DNA of 64,000 bases from Kofleriaceae bacterium (GTDB lineage: Bacteria; Myxococcota_A; Polyangia; Haliangiales; Haliangiaceae): the NCBI GenBank assembly GCA_048500355.1, contig JASNYD010000006.1:480211-544210 (forward strand), written 5' to 3'. A program made the translations under genes and the position numbers. Below are positions 47,836 through 59,702 of the stretch, in pieces. The notes under the pieces are model-generated. The model was not told where the DNA came from, made no database searches, and saw only the letters and a list, made by a program, of their open reading frames with translations. Position 1 is the first letter of the stretch; each line of letters begins with the position of its first letter.

Positions 47836-48507
47836 TCACGCCCGCGGCACGAAGCGGAAGGAGTCGACGAAGCGCTCGCCCTCGGCCTGGAAGGCCCGGG
47901 CGCTGTCCATGTGGACGACCAGGATCTGGTAGAGGGTGCCGTCGCGGAGGAACATCTTGCCGTAGCCGGTGGCGCGCTGGCCCTGGGGGCGAGCGGTGAA
48001 GCGGAACCTGCGGCCGGTGGCGCCGTCGAGCTCGACGGCCGCGCTCTCGACGAGGGTGCCGCCCATGTTGGCGAGCATGCCCTGGAGGCCATCCTCGAGG
48101 GCCCGCTCGAGGTCGAGGTCACCGTCCTTGTCGAACGAGGGCGTGGCGACGACCATCATCGCGCCCGGCGCGTTCGCCGAGGAGAACATGAACGTCTGCG
48201 CGGTGAGGACGCCGATCGCGGTCGGCACCTGCTGCTCGCCCCGGGTCGGCGTACGCGCGGCCTCGACGGCGAAGCCGAGCGTGTCGTCCTGGAAGGGCCT
48301 GACCGCGGGGCTCGGCCGGCCGGCGGCGGACGTGCGGGACGCGACCGGATCGGCGGCGGGCTTGCCGGCGGCGCTGCCCGCGGCCGGCGCCGATCCGGAC
48401 GCCGAGCCGGCGGCGGGCCGGGCGGGCTTGTCGCGGCCGCAGGCGGCGGCGAACGGGATGACCAGGGCGGCCAGGAGGACGAGACGGGCAGACATCATCG
48501 GGATCAT
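47836..48507 (-). CDS. Hypothetical lipoprotein, last gene of the minus-strand cluster
   Basis: Start at the internal ATG MIPMMSARLVLLAALVIPFAAACG (lipobox). Ala/Ser/Pro-rich linker followed by a roughly 150-aa domain. Confidence 0.55.
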   Translation of the reverse strand: MIPMMSARLVLLAALVIPFAAACGRDKPARPAAGSASGSAPAAGSAAGKPAADPVASRTSAAGRPSPAVRPFQDDTLGFAVEAARTPTRGEQQVPTAIGVLTAQTFMFSSANAPGAMMVVATPSFDKDGDLDLERALEDGLQGMLANMGGTLVESAAVELDGATGRRFRFTARPQGQRATGYGKMFLRDGTLYQILVVHMDSARAFQAEGERFVDSFRFVPRA

Positions 48508-48680
48508 GGTGCGGCTCCTTGGGGTTCGCGCCGCGGGATTGCAGCCGGCGGGCCAGCCGCAACCGCGCGACGCGCCAGGGCCGGGCGCACCGCCGGTGGA
48601 CAGCGATGGCGGCGCGGTCAAGGCTGGCGGACAGGCCTGGCCGCTGGCCCGTCGCCCTGTCGCCGGCCGCGCCCGCGATC

Positions 48681-49589
48681 CTAGCGCGCGACGTACCGCC
48701 GGGCGTCGCCGGGATCGATGCGGAAGGCGCGGCCCTCGATCAGCTCGCCGACCGCGATGCGGAGGTTGGGCAGCGCCATGGGCCCGCGGCGGACGGGCCG
48801 GCCGAAGCGGCGAGCGAGCGAGCGGTAGGCGTCGGAGGTGGCGGAGCGGAAGCCGGTGATCGCGCCGCTGCTGGTGAAGGTGAGCGCGCGCTCGGCGGCG
48901 CGAGCCTGGAGGTCGGCGGAGGTGCGGGGCGACGCGATGAGCAGCGGCCAGCTCACCGCCGGCAGCGTGGCGACCCGGTTGGTGCCGGCCGGCAGGGCGA
49001 GCCCCGACGGCACGACCGCGGCGTCGGCCTTGCCCAGGCCGAGGGCGGCGAGCGCGCTCAGCACGTCGGGCGAGACCTCGACGCGCAGGAAGTCGGGGCG
49101 CAGCTCGCCGCCGAGCAGCGCCTCGTTGACGAACGCGGCCTCGCGGCCGCCGATCGCCGGCGTGAGGACGGTCTTGCCCTCGAGGCCGAGCACGCTGTCG
49201 ATCTGACCGCGCGCCACCAGATCCCAGGTGGTGCGGGTGTCGCCGCCGCGCACCGCTACCGCCAGCACGGCGTGGCTGCCGCCGACGGCTGCCAGGTAGG
49301 TGGCGTCGGCCACCGCCAGGTCGATCTCGCCCTTGCGCAGCGCCGCGGCGAAGTCGCTGGCCCGGCCGTACACGCGGCCGACCGCGTCGTCGCCGCCGAT
49401 GTGGCGCGCCAGCCGCGTCGCGAACTCGAGGCGGGCGCCGGTGCCTTCGAACGGCGTCGACGGCACGAACACCCCGACCCGCACCGGCTCGGCGGCGGCG
49501 ACCCCGGCCAGCCCGAGCGCGAGCAGCGCGACCACGACCGCGGCGACGGCGGCGGCGCGGGGCGGTCGCCCGATCGGGTCAGCCCTCAT
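48681..49589 (-). CDS. Periplasmic substrate-binding protein, PhnD/SsuA-like PBP2 family
   Basis: Start at the internal ATG MRADPIGRPPRAAAVAAVVVALLALGLAGVAAA (signal peptide). ...VRVGVFVPSTPFEGT...GEIDLAVADATYLA... is a two-lobed PBP pattern. Its ATG overlaps the upstream TPR gene stop (ATGA). Confidence 0.6.
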   Translation of the reverse strand: MRADPIGRPPRAAAVAAVVVALLALGLAGVAAAEPVRVGVFVPSTPFEGTGARLEFATRLARHIGGDDAVGRVYGRASDFAAALRKGEIDLAVADATYLAAVGGSHAVLAVAVRGGDTRTTWDLVARGQIDSVLGLEGKTVLTPAIGGREAAFVNEALLGGELRPDFLRVEVSPDVLSALAALGLGKADAAVVPSGLALPAGTNRVATLPAVSWPLLIASPRTSADLQARAAERALTFTSSGAITGFRSATSDAYRSLARRFGRPVRRGPMALPNLRIAVGELIEGRAFRIDPGDARRYVAR

Positions 49590-52033
49590 CGGCCACCTCC
49601 CCAGATCCGCTCCTTGGCCGCGATCCACTCGTCGAGCGGGCCGAAGCGCACGCCCTCGCGGCGCGCCCGCCGCCACGCGTCCAGGGCCTTCGCGCCGTCA
49701 CCCTTGCGATCGTGGGCCACGCCGAGGTTGACCAGCGCCTCGGGCAGCCGGGGCGCCAGCCGGTCGAGCGCGGCGATCGCGGCGTCGAGCCGGCCCTCGG
49801 CGACGTCGAGCACCGCCAGGTTGTGGTTCACCTCGTCGAGCCCGGCCCGGGCCTCGGCCTTGCGCGCCGCGGCCAGGAACTTGCGGGCCGCCGCGAGCTT
49901 GCCGCCGCGGTAGGCGTCATCGGCGGCGGTGAGCGCCACCACCCGCGTGGCGGTGGCGAGGAGCTGACGGGTGGCGCCGGTGGCGCCGCGATCGAGCGCG
50001 GCCAGCCGCTCGAGCGCCTTGGCGGCGCGCCGCGGCTGCAGGCCCTCGACGAACGCCAGCAGCACCGGCACCGCCGTGGTGTCGGCGGGCGCCGGGAACG
50101 GGCAGCTCACCTTCGCCACCGCCTTGAGCCGCGTCACCGCCCTGTCGCGATCGCCGGCGGCGACCGTGGCCAGCGCCAGGTCGCAGCGCAGGGCGGTGAG
50201 GGCGTCGCCGCTGGCGCCGGCCGCCGCGTCCTCGAGGAAGCCGACCGCGCGCGTCGCCTGGCCGGCGCGCAGCGCGGCCAGCCCGGCGGCGTGGCGCGCC
50301 ACCGCCAGCGCGGCGCCGTGGCGGACCTCGAGGTCGCCGCCCGCCCTGCGGGCGGCCGCGACGGTGCCAACCAGGGCGTCGACCGCGTCGGCCGGCCGCC
50401 CGCCGGCGACCTCGACCGCGGCCAGCTCGATCGCCGCCTCGGCCGCCGCCGCCTCGCCCTTGCCGAGCTGGATCGCCCGCGCCAGCGACTCCCGCGCCGC
50501 CGCGTCGCCCCGCGCCGCCCGCACGCGCCCCAGCAGGATCAAGGTCGGCGCGTCGGGCCGCGCCTCGGCCGCCCGGGTCAGGGCCCCGTGGGCCCGCTCG
50601 AGATCGCCCAGGAGGTACGCGCACAGCCCGAGGTTGCGCCAGACCGGCGGCGTCCCGTCGACCTCCGCGGCGCGCTCGAGGTCGGCGGCGGCGCCGGCCA
50701 CGTCGCCGCCGTCGAGCTTGGCCACCGCCACCGCCAGGAGCGCCTGCGACAGGAGCCGCCGCGCCCGCGGCGTCGGCGCGCGCATCGCCACCGCGAGGTG
50801 GGTCGCGGCGCTCGCGGCGTCGCCGCGGCGCAGCGCGGCGTCGCCGACGACGGTCCGCAGCTCGGCGCTCTCGGCGAACGCGGCCAGGGCCGGCGCCACG
50901 CGGGCCTCGACCTCGGCGGCGCGCCCGGCGTCGAGCAGCGCCTCGCCGAGCTCGAGCCAGTACGTTCGATCGGCGCCCGCCGGCGCGGGCGGGCCGATGC
51001 CGTCGAGCTCGGCCAGCGCCGCCGCCGGGTCCTTGCCCAGCCGCAGCACGCGCGCCAGGCGTACCGCGAAGCGCCGCCGCCCGGGCTCGATCGTCCGCGC
51101 CCGCTCCAGCGACGCCCGCGCCGCGCTCAGGTTGCCGCGCGCGGCCTCGGCCTCGCCGAGGAGCGCGTGGCCGGCCGCGGTCGCGGTCTGCGCCGCGCCG
51201 AGGTACGAGCGGGCCAGGCGCAGAGCCTCGGCGGGGTCGCCGAGCTCGAGCGCGCACTGTCCGCGCACCAGCAGGACCTCGATCGGCGCCGACGCCACGC
51301 CCGACAGCTCGACCAGGAGCGGCCTCGCCTCGCGACAGTCGAGGGCGGCGACGCTCCACGCCAGGCCCAGGCGCGCGCTCATCCAGTCGCGGTGACGGGC
51401 GACCAGGCCCGCGTAGAGCTCGCGGGCCTCGCGCGGCCGGTAGGTGCGCAGGTAGGCCTCGGCCAGATCGAGGCGGTGCCGATCGTCCTCCTTGCTCAGC
51501 TCCGCCGGTCGCGTGCGGAAGTAGGCCTCGAGCGCGGTCGCCGCCTCCCCCCAGCGCGCGACGTCGGCGTAGTGGTGGCCGAGCAGGACCTGCGCGCCGT
51601 ACTTGTCGGGCGCCCGGCCGACGACCTGCTCGAGCAACGGCACGCCCTCGCCGAGCTCGCCGGCCAGCACGAGCTGGGTGCCCAGGGCCTCGAGCACGTC
51701 GACGTTGTCGGGCGCCAGCTCGCGCGCCTTGCGCATGAGCGCGACGCCGCGGGCGTGCTCGCCGCGGGCGGCGTGGACCGCGGCGCGCAGCCCGTAGGCC
51801 TCGAGCCGGCGCGGGTTGAGGGCGAGCGCCTGGTCGAGGGCGCGGGCGGCCCCGCCGAGGTCACCGGCGCGCAGCGCCCGCCGGCCCTCGTCGACCAGCG
51901 CGGCGCTCTCGTCCTCGACCTGGGTCGGCCGCTGCGCCCACGCCGGCCGCGCGCCGGCGGCGAGCCCGGCGCCGACGCCGACCGCCAGCGCGACCGCCAG
52001 CACGACCCTAGCGACGGTAGCCGAGGCGCGCAT
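49586..52033 (-). CDS. Secreted TPR-repeat protein (about 815 aa)
   Basis: Start at the internal ATG MRASATVARVVLAVALAVGVGAGLAAGARPAWAQ (signal peptide). Repeated ...AEALRLARSYLGAAQ..., ...LGEALLDAGRAAEA... helical TPR-like units throughout. Confidence 0.75.
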   Translation of the reverse strand: MRASATVARVVLAVALAVGVGAGLAAGARPAWAQRPTQVEDESAALVDEGRRALRAGDLGGAARALDQALALNPRRLEAYGLRAAVHAARGEHARGVALMRKARELAPDNVDVLEALGTQLVLAGELGEGVPLLEQVVGRAPDKYGAQVLLGHHYADVARWGEAATALEAYFRTRPAELSKEDDRHRLDLAEAYLRTYRPREARELYAGLVARHRDWMSARLGLAWSVAALDCREARPLLVELSGVASAPIEVLLVRGQCALELGDPAEALRLARSYLGAAQTATAAGHALLGEAEAARGNLSAARASLERARTIEPGRRRFAVRLARVLRLGKDPAAALAELDGIGPPAPAGADRTYWLELGEALLDAGRAAEVEARVAPALAAFAESAELRTVVGDAALRRGDAASAATHLAVAMRAPTPRARRLLSQALLAVAVAKLDGGDVAGAAADLERAAEVDGTPPVWRNLGLCAYLLGDLERAHGALTRAAEARPDAPTLILLGRVRAARGDAAARESLARAIQLGKGEAAAAEAAIELAAVEVAGGRPADAVDALVGTVAAARRAGGDLEVRHGAALAVARHAAGLAALRAGQATRAVGFLEDAAAGASGDALTALRCDLALATVAAGDRDRAVTRLKAVAKVSCPFPAPADTTAVPVLLAFVEGLQPRRAAKALERLAALDRGATGATRQLLATATRVVALTAADDAYRGGKLAAARKFLAAARKAEARAGLDEVNHNLAVLDVAEGRLDAAIAALDRLAPRLPEALVNLGVAHDRKGDGAKALDAWRRARREGVRFGPLDEWIAAKERIWGGGR

Positions 52034-54125
52034 AGACCTCTCTCCCTTCTCCGGGCACGAGCAGCAGGCTGCCGGTCGAGCGATCGAAGTCCTCGGCGGC
52101 CGGCACCTGCTCGCGCTGTCCGAGGAGGTTGCGGACGCCGACGGTGACGTCGAGCCCGGCGAACAGGGAGGGCGCGTACGCCACCAGCGACAGCCCGACG
52201 TAGCGGGCGGCCTCGACCGCGCCGCTGTCATCGCGGGTCGGCCGCGGCCCCAGCGCGTGGACCTCACCCGAGAGGTGGACGAGCTCGGCCACCTTCGGGG
52301 ACGACACGCCGAGCACGCCGGACAGCCGCGGCGCGCCCGGCACCGGCGCCGCGACCGCCGCGCCGCCGCCGTCGGGCGCGACGAAGCCCTCGACGCGCGT
52401 GTAGGCGCCGCCGCCGAACGCCAGCCAGCCGCCGGCGGTGCGGAAGCTGCCCTCGAGCTCGACGCCGGTCGAGCGCAGATCGCGGACGTTCTGGAACTGC
52501 AGGCGAAGATCCTCGGCCACCGGGTCGGGATCGAGGTCGATCTCCTCCTGCTCCACGATGCCGGTGGCGTCCCAGCGGAACGCCGACGCCCGCACCGTCA
52601 GCCCCGGCAGGGGCCGGCCCCACAGCACCACCTCGTAGCTGCGGATGACCTCGGCGCCGATGTCGGGGTTGGCCGCGAAGTCGGTGCCGTCGTCGAAGAA
52701 GCCCTCGTAGGCGCTGGGGTTGCGGAAGCCCTCGGAGTAGAGGAGCTTGACCCCGTAGCGGTCCTGCTTGCTGGCGAACAGGGCGGCGCGGGGCGAGATC
52801 CGGTCCTCGAGGATCGAGTTGCGGTCGGCGCGCACGCCCGCGGTGAACGCGAGCCACGGCAGCGGCGCGCCGTCGAGCTCGACGTAGAGGCCCTGGGTGT
52901 CGAGCGGGGTCTCGACCACCACGCCGTTCTCGCGGTCGCCCTGGTAGTACGACTCGCTCGAGGTGTCGATGAGCGTGACCTCGGCGCCGGTGGTGATCCC
53001 GAGCCGGTCGCGGTCGAGGAGCTCGACGCGGGCCCGGGCCTCGGCCCCGTACCACAGGGCGTCGCCGATGTCGGTGAAGGTGCCGCTGCCGTCGTCGGCC
53101 ACCAGGAAGTCGCGGAAGCGGTACCGGTTGACGTAGGCGCGGGCGGTGGCGATCACCCGACTGCCCAGCTCGCGGGTGTAGCCACCCTCGGCCATGAGCT
53201 GGGTGTCGTAGTTGCGGTTGCCGGGGTTGCCGACCTCGGTCTCGTAGGGGGCGAACGGAAGCTCGCGCCGGCGGCGGAAGAACCGGAGCTGGCCGAACGC
53301 CCCGTGGTAGCGCCCGACCACGCCGGCGGCCACCGCCTCGGCGCCGTCGGCCGAGGTCGGCCTGCCGAGCTCGGCGACGTCGAGGGTCTCGCCGCCGCGG
53401 GTCAGCGCCGCCACCGTGCCGCGCACCTGCTCGTCGACCGCGCCCAGGGCGAACCCGGCGGCGGCCGACGCCGAGGCGAACTGCCCGGCCGACAGCCGCC
53501 CCCACATCCGCGGCGACTCCGAGGCGCCGCGGGTGACGACGTTGATGATGCCGAAGAACGCGTTGGTGCCGTACACCGACGACACCGGGCCACGGATGAC
53601 CTCGATCCGCGCGATCTCGTCGATCGTGAGGAAGCCGTCCCAGCCGAGGCCGGCGAAGCCGCCCCACGGCTCGTTGACGGTGGCGCCGTCGACGAGCACC
53701 AGCAGCCGGCTGTTGAAGTCGCCCAGCACCTGCAGCCCGCGCACGCCGACTCGCTCGGTCATGTGGTCGTCGGTGACGAACACGCCGGCGACCCCGCGCA
53801 GGGCCTCGGCCACGGTGCGGTAGCCCATGCGCCGCAGCCGGTCGCCGGACACGACGGTGACCGCCGAGGCCACGTTGCCCAGCGACTGCTCGCGCTTGGC
53901 CGCGCCCACCACCACGTCCTCCTCGGCCGCGGCCGCCGCCACCACGGCGATCGTGGCCGCGCCGGTGTCCTCCTCGTCGGGCAACGGCGGCAGGTCGTCG
54001 ATCTCGACCCGCGGCACGTCGTCGCCCGGCGGCGCCTCGGCCCCGGGCCCGGCGGCCGCCGGCGCCGGGACCACGGTGGCGAGGGCGGTGACCACGGCCA
54101 GAGCCCCGCGCGCCGAGCGGGGCAT
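52008..54125 (-). CDS. TonB-dependent outer-membrane receptor
   Basis: ATG with GGAGG 8 nt upstream (MPRSARGALAVVTALATVVPAPAAA signal). Plug-domain motifs VTVVSGDRLRRMGYRTVAEALRGVAGVFV and DGATVNEPWGG...IEVIRGPVSSVYGTNA. C-terminal barrel ending ...YARLGYRR. Its ATG overlaps the stop of the upstream PP2C gene. Confidence 0.85.
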   Translation of the reverse strand: MPRSARGALAVVTALATVVPAPAAAGPGAEAPPGDDVPRVEIDDLPPLPDEEDTGAATIAVVAAAAAEEDVVVGAAKREQSLGNVASAVTVVSGDRLRRMGYRTVAEALRGVAGVFVTDDHMTERVGVRGLQVLGDFNSRLLVLVDGATVNEPWGGFAGLGWDGFLTIDEIARIEVIRGPVSSVYGTNAFFGIINVVTRGASESPRMWGRLSAGQFASASAAAGFALGAVDEQVRGTVAALTRGGETLDVAELGRPTSADGAEAVAAGVVGRYHGAFGQLRFFRRRRELPFAPYETEVGNPGNRNYDTQLMAEGGYTRELGSRVIATARAYVNRYRFRDFLVADDGSGTFTDIGDALWYGAEARARVELLDRDRLGITTGAEVTLIDTSSESYYQGDRENGVVVETPLDTQGLYVELDGAPLPWLAFTAGVRADRNSILEDRISPRAALFASKQDRYGVKLLYSEGFRNPSAYEGFFDDGTDFAANPDIGAEVIRSYEVVLWGRPLPGLTVRASAFRWDATGIVEQEEIDLDPDPVAEDLRLQFQNVRDLRSTGVELEGSFRTAGGWLAFGGGAYTRVEGFVAPDGGGAAVAAPVPGAPRLSGVLGVSSPKVAELVHLSGEVHALGPRPTRDDSGAVEAARYVGLSLVAYAPSLFAGLDVTVGVRNLLGQREQVPAAEDFDRSTGSLLLVPGEGREVYARLGYRR

Positions 54126-55756
54126 CAGCTCGCCTCCGCGCGCTGCCGCCCGCTGGCCGCCGGCGGGTCGTACTGGCACAGCACGAACGTGATGTCGTCC
54201 TGGGCCACGGTGCCGGCGGCGAAGCGCTCGATCGCGTCGCGGACCTCGTCGCGCAACCCCGCGAGCGCCGCCGGGTCGGCCGGCAGCGGCCGTCCGACGA
54301 ACAGGCTGCGCAGCCGGCGATCGCCGAACAGCTTGCCGCTGGTGGCCTGGCGCTCGACCACGCCGTCGGTGAAGGCCACGAACAGGTCGCCGGGATCGAG
54401 CTGCAGCGTGCCGCGGCGGATCTCGCGGCGGACGATCCGGTCGCCGAGCGGGTTGCCGCTGGCGGCGATGATCGTGCCGTCCCCGAGCAGGCGGTCGGGC
54501 CGCATCCGCATCACGTACGGGAAGTTCTGACCGGCGTTGGCGTAGTGGAGGACGCCGGTGGTGGCGTCGAAGACCGCGGCGAACGCGGTCATCAGCAGCG
54601 AGTGCTCGCCGACGTTGCGGATCGCGGCGTCGATCGCCCGCAGCACCTGCTCCGGCACCAGCAGCTTCTCGTCGACCTCGGCCAGCGACTCGACCGCGCC
54701 GCGCGCGGTGCCGGCCAGGATCGCCGAGTGCACGCCGTGACCGGTGGCGTCGCCGATGACCATCAGCAGGCGCCCGCCCGCCATCGGCCGGTACGTCCAC
54801 CAGTCGCCGCCGCAGGTCGAGGCCGGCTCGCAGTGCCCGACGATCTTGAACGGGCCGTGCTGGACCAGCTCGGGCGGCGGCAGCATGCCCTGCTGCACCG
54901 ACCGCGCCAGCGCCAGCTCGCGCTCCATCGACGCCTTCTGCGCCTGCTCCGCCATCAGCTCGCCGAGCCGGCCGGCCATGAAGTTGAAGTTGCGGGCGAG
55001 GACGCCGATCTCGTCCCGGCGCTCGACCGGCACCTGCTGGTCGAGGGAGCCCTGGGCGATGCGCTCGGCGGAGATGGCGAGCTCGCGCAGCGGCCGGGCG
55101 GTGCGCACGCCGAGGAGCGCGGCCACCACCACGCCGACGGCGAGCAGGGCGAGCGCGATGATCCACACCGTCCGCGCCGAGTCGCTGGCCCGCTGGTCGG
55201 CGGCGGCCAGCGCCGCGGCCAGCTCGGCCTCGAGCTCGGCGGTGGACACGCCCAGCCGGAGCTGGCCGACGACGCCGTCGCCCAGCCGGATCGCGGTGGC
55301 GTAGATCCAGTCGGGCCGGTCGGCCGCCACCGGCTCGCGCTCGACCAGGCCGGGCCGGGTCCGGGTGTCGGCGAACCGCGAGAAGTCGAGCTCGGGCGCG
55401 CCGTCGGAGGCGTGGATGACCTCGCCGGTGGGGGTGCCCACGACCACCCACTGGATGCGGGGGTACTCCTTCAGCTTGGCGCTCACCAGCGGGGCGACCT
55501 CGCCGAACGCCTGCTGGGCCAGGGGGATGGCCGCCGCCGCCGCGATGGCGCTGGCGACCAGCTCGCTCTCCCGCTTGATCGCGTCGTTGCCCGACGCCCG
55601 GCGCGCCGCGCCCTCGGTGCGCGCCAGGCCACGGACGTTCTCCGAGCCGAAGTACGCCGAGGCCCCGACCGCGGCGGCGACCACCACCGAGGTGGTGAGC
55701 ATGAGCTTGACCGAGAGCGGCACGGCGGCGCGCTCCCCGCGGGTGGGGACCCCCAT
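54125..55756 (-). CDS. HAMP-domain membrane-anchored PP2C-type (SpoIIE/RsbU-like) serine phosphatase
   Basis: Start at the internal ATG MGVPTRGERAAVPLSVKLMLTTSVVVAAAV (TM1). Second TM VWIIALALLAVGVVVAALLG is followed by HAMP (RPLRELAISAERIAQGSL). PP2C motifs: GGDWW, VIGDATGHG, FTDGVVE. The R-rich track N-terminus is rejected. Confidence 0.85.
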   Translation of the reverse strand: MGVPTRGERAAVPLSVKLMLTTSVVVAAAVGASAYFGSENVRGLARTEGAARRASGNDAIKRESELVASAIAAAAAIPLAQQAFGEVAPLVSAKLKEYPRIQWVVVGTPTGEVIHASDGAPELDFSRFADTRTRPGLVEREPVAADRPDWIYATAIRLGDGVVGQLRLGVSTAELEAELAAALAAADQRASDSARTVWIIALALLAVGVVVAALLGVRTARPLRELAISAERIAQGSLDQQVPVERRDEIGVLARNFNFMAGRLGELMAEQAQKASMERELALARSVQQGMLPPPELVQHGPFKIVGHCEPASTCGGDWWTYRPMAGGRLLMVIGDATGHGVHSAILAGTARGAVESLAEVDEKLLVPEQVLRAIDAAIRNVGEHSLLMTAFAAVFDATTGVLHYANAGQNFPYVMRMRPDRLLGDGTIIAASGNPLGDRIVRREIRRGTLQLDPGDLFVAFTDGVVERQATSGKLFGDRRLRSLFVGRPLPADPAALAGLRDEVRDAIERFAAGTVAQDDITFVLCQYDPPAASGRQRAEAS

Positions 55757-55787
55757 GGTGCGATCCTCGGGACGATGTACGTGGATG

Positions 55788-56384
55788 TCAACCCTCGCCG
55801 GTGACATTGCCCCGACCGGTCTCGCGCATCCGCGTGACGGCGGCGGCGAACAGCGCCTCGAGCGCGTCCGGAACGTCGCCGCCCTCGAGCAGGCGCAGCG
55901 CGGCCGCCACCGCCTCGATCGTCGACACCTGCTCCGGCCGCGGCGCCTTGCGCATGCGCGCCGCACCACCCGTGGTGGCCAGCGCCAGCACCGGCAGGCC
56001 GCGCAGCGCCGGCAGCCGCTGCCGCATGCGGCGCGCCTGGTGCCAGGTCGCGTCGAGGAACACCAGCGCGCGTGGCCTGGGCGCCGGCGGCGCCGACCAC
56101 GGCTCGCCCTCGGGGTACACCAGCCAGGTGTCGGGGCCGAGCTCGAGATCGAGCCCGCGGCGCTCGGGCCCGGACACGTCGCGCAGCACGCTGCCGGCCA
56201 GCGCCAGGTGGACGAGCCGCCCCGAGTTGCTGGCGCGGAGCCGCTCGGTGTGGTGGCGGAGGAGGATGACGCGGGTCGCGGTCTCGAGCCGAGGGACCGC
56301 CGGGCACAGGCAGTGCTCGAGGCGGAACAGGCAGCGAGGGCAGCGTCCGGGCGGGACCGACACGGGGAGGGGCGTGTAGCACAT
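55788..56384 (-). CDS. DTW-domain protein (tRNA acp3U transferase TapT/TuaA-like)
   Basis: Start at the internal ATG MCYTPLPVSVPPGRCPRCLFRLEHCLC (Cys cluster). VILLRHHTE and VFLDATWHQARRM (the D-T-W motif). 199 aa. Confidence 0.8.
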   Translation of the reverse strand: MCYTPLPVSVPPGRCPRCLFRLEHCLCPAVPRLETATRVILLRHHTERLRASNSGRLVHLALAGSVLRDVSGPERRGLDLELGPDTWLVYPEGEPWSAPPAPRPRALVFLDATWHQARRMRQRLPALRGLPVLALATTGGAARMRKAPRPEQVSTIEAVAAALRLLEGGDVPDALEALFAAAVTRMRETGRGNVTGEG

Positions 56385-56511
56385 CGCCGGCGCGCGCCGG
56401 GCGGCGGCCCTCGCTCCCGTCGGCCGAGGGCCCACCTCCGGATCGCGACAGCGGTGTCCGGAACCGCGCCTCGGCCCGGCCAGACGCTGCCAGGTGTCGC
56501 GGGCTTGCGGG

Positions 56512-56527
56512 TGGCACCGCGGTTGCT
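56512..56527 (+). promoter_or_regulatory. Candidate sigma-54 promoter (TGGCAC-N5-TTGCT), very close to the OMP gene ATG
   Basis: gTGGCACcgcggTTGCTttgggatggagccATG is a 10/11 match to TGGCAC-N5-TTGCW. The -12 element lies only about 14 nt from ATG 56541, implying a leaderless or very short leader or a downstream real start. Confidence 0.4.
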
Positions 56528-56540
56528 TTGGGATGGAGCC

Positions 56541-57188
56541 ATGCTCGCCGCCCGCACCCTCGCCGCCGGAGCCGCCCTCCTCCTCGCCGTCGCCGCCGCC
56601 CCCCGCCTGGCCGCGGCCGACGGCAGCTACTTCACGATGGGCGTGGGCCCGGGCGACGTGAGCGACCAGCTCCGTCAGTACACCGACACCACCGTCCGCA
56701 TCCGGCTCGGCTTCGGCCACCGCGTCGGCAACCTCGCGGTCGAGGGCTTCCTCGCCGGCGACATCTTCGACGATCGCATGATCACGGAGGCGACCTCGGT
56801 CGGCGTCGACCTCAAGTACCTCCTGCCGCTGTCGGAGCACCTCCAGGGCTACGTGCGCGGCAGCGCCAGCCGCATGAGCACCCGGCTCGGCGGCGACGGC
56901 TACGGGTACGGCGCCCCCGACTGCTACGGCTGCAGCTCCGGCCGCGACTACGCCGGCCGCGGCCTCGGCGCCGGCGCCGGCCTCCAGCTCCGCGGCAAGG
57001 TGCGCGCGATCGGCTTCCTGTACTGGCCGCTCTTCTTCGTCCCGGCCGGGCCCAAGGTCAACGCCGCGCTCTACGTCGACCACGGCCTCGACTTCTACCG
57101 CCTCCACCCCGGCGATGCCGGCGGCCCCACCGTCGACGCCAAGCTCTCCCGCTGGACCTTCGGCTTCCACGTCGGCCAGGACTTCTGA
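56541..57188 (+). CDS. Small outer-membrane beta-barrel protein (OmpA-like/porin family)
   Basis: MLAARTLAAGAALLLAVAAAPRLAAADGSYF (signal peptide). Alternating aromatic/Gly strands, C-terminal ...RWTFGFHVGQDF (terminal Phe typical of OMPs). Confidence 0.6.
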   Translation: MLAARTLAAGAALLLAVAAAPRLAAADGSYFTMGVGPGDVSDQLRQYTDTTVRIRLGFGHRVGNLAVEGFLAGDIFDDRMITEATSVGVDLKYLLPLSEHLQGYVRGSASRMSTRLGGDGYGYGAPDCYGCSSGRDYAGRGLGAGAGLQLRGKVRAIGFLYWPLFFVPAGPKVNAALYVDHGLDFYRLHPGDAGGPTVDAKLSRWTFGFHVGQDF

Positions 57189-57269
57189 CCCGCGTGCGCC
57201 GTCGGGCGACGCCGGACTCGGCCGGGCGCGACCGCGTCGCGCCGCCCCTCGGGACCCGACGCGACGCCG

Positions 57270-59701
<2,432 letters not shown>

Positions 59702-59702
<1 letters not shown>

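Noticed and set aside
49712-56557. ORFs 49712..52147(+), 49917..51359(-), 51816..54530(+), 52264..53667(-), 54545..55804(+), 55365..57188(+) N-terminal part, and the R-rich N-termini of 52008..55451(-) and 54125..56557(-)
   Set aside because: Antisense or alternative frames of the TPR, TonB-receptor and PP2C genes. True starts were set at internal ATGs with SD, signal-peptide or TM evidence.
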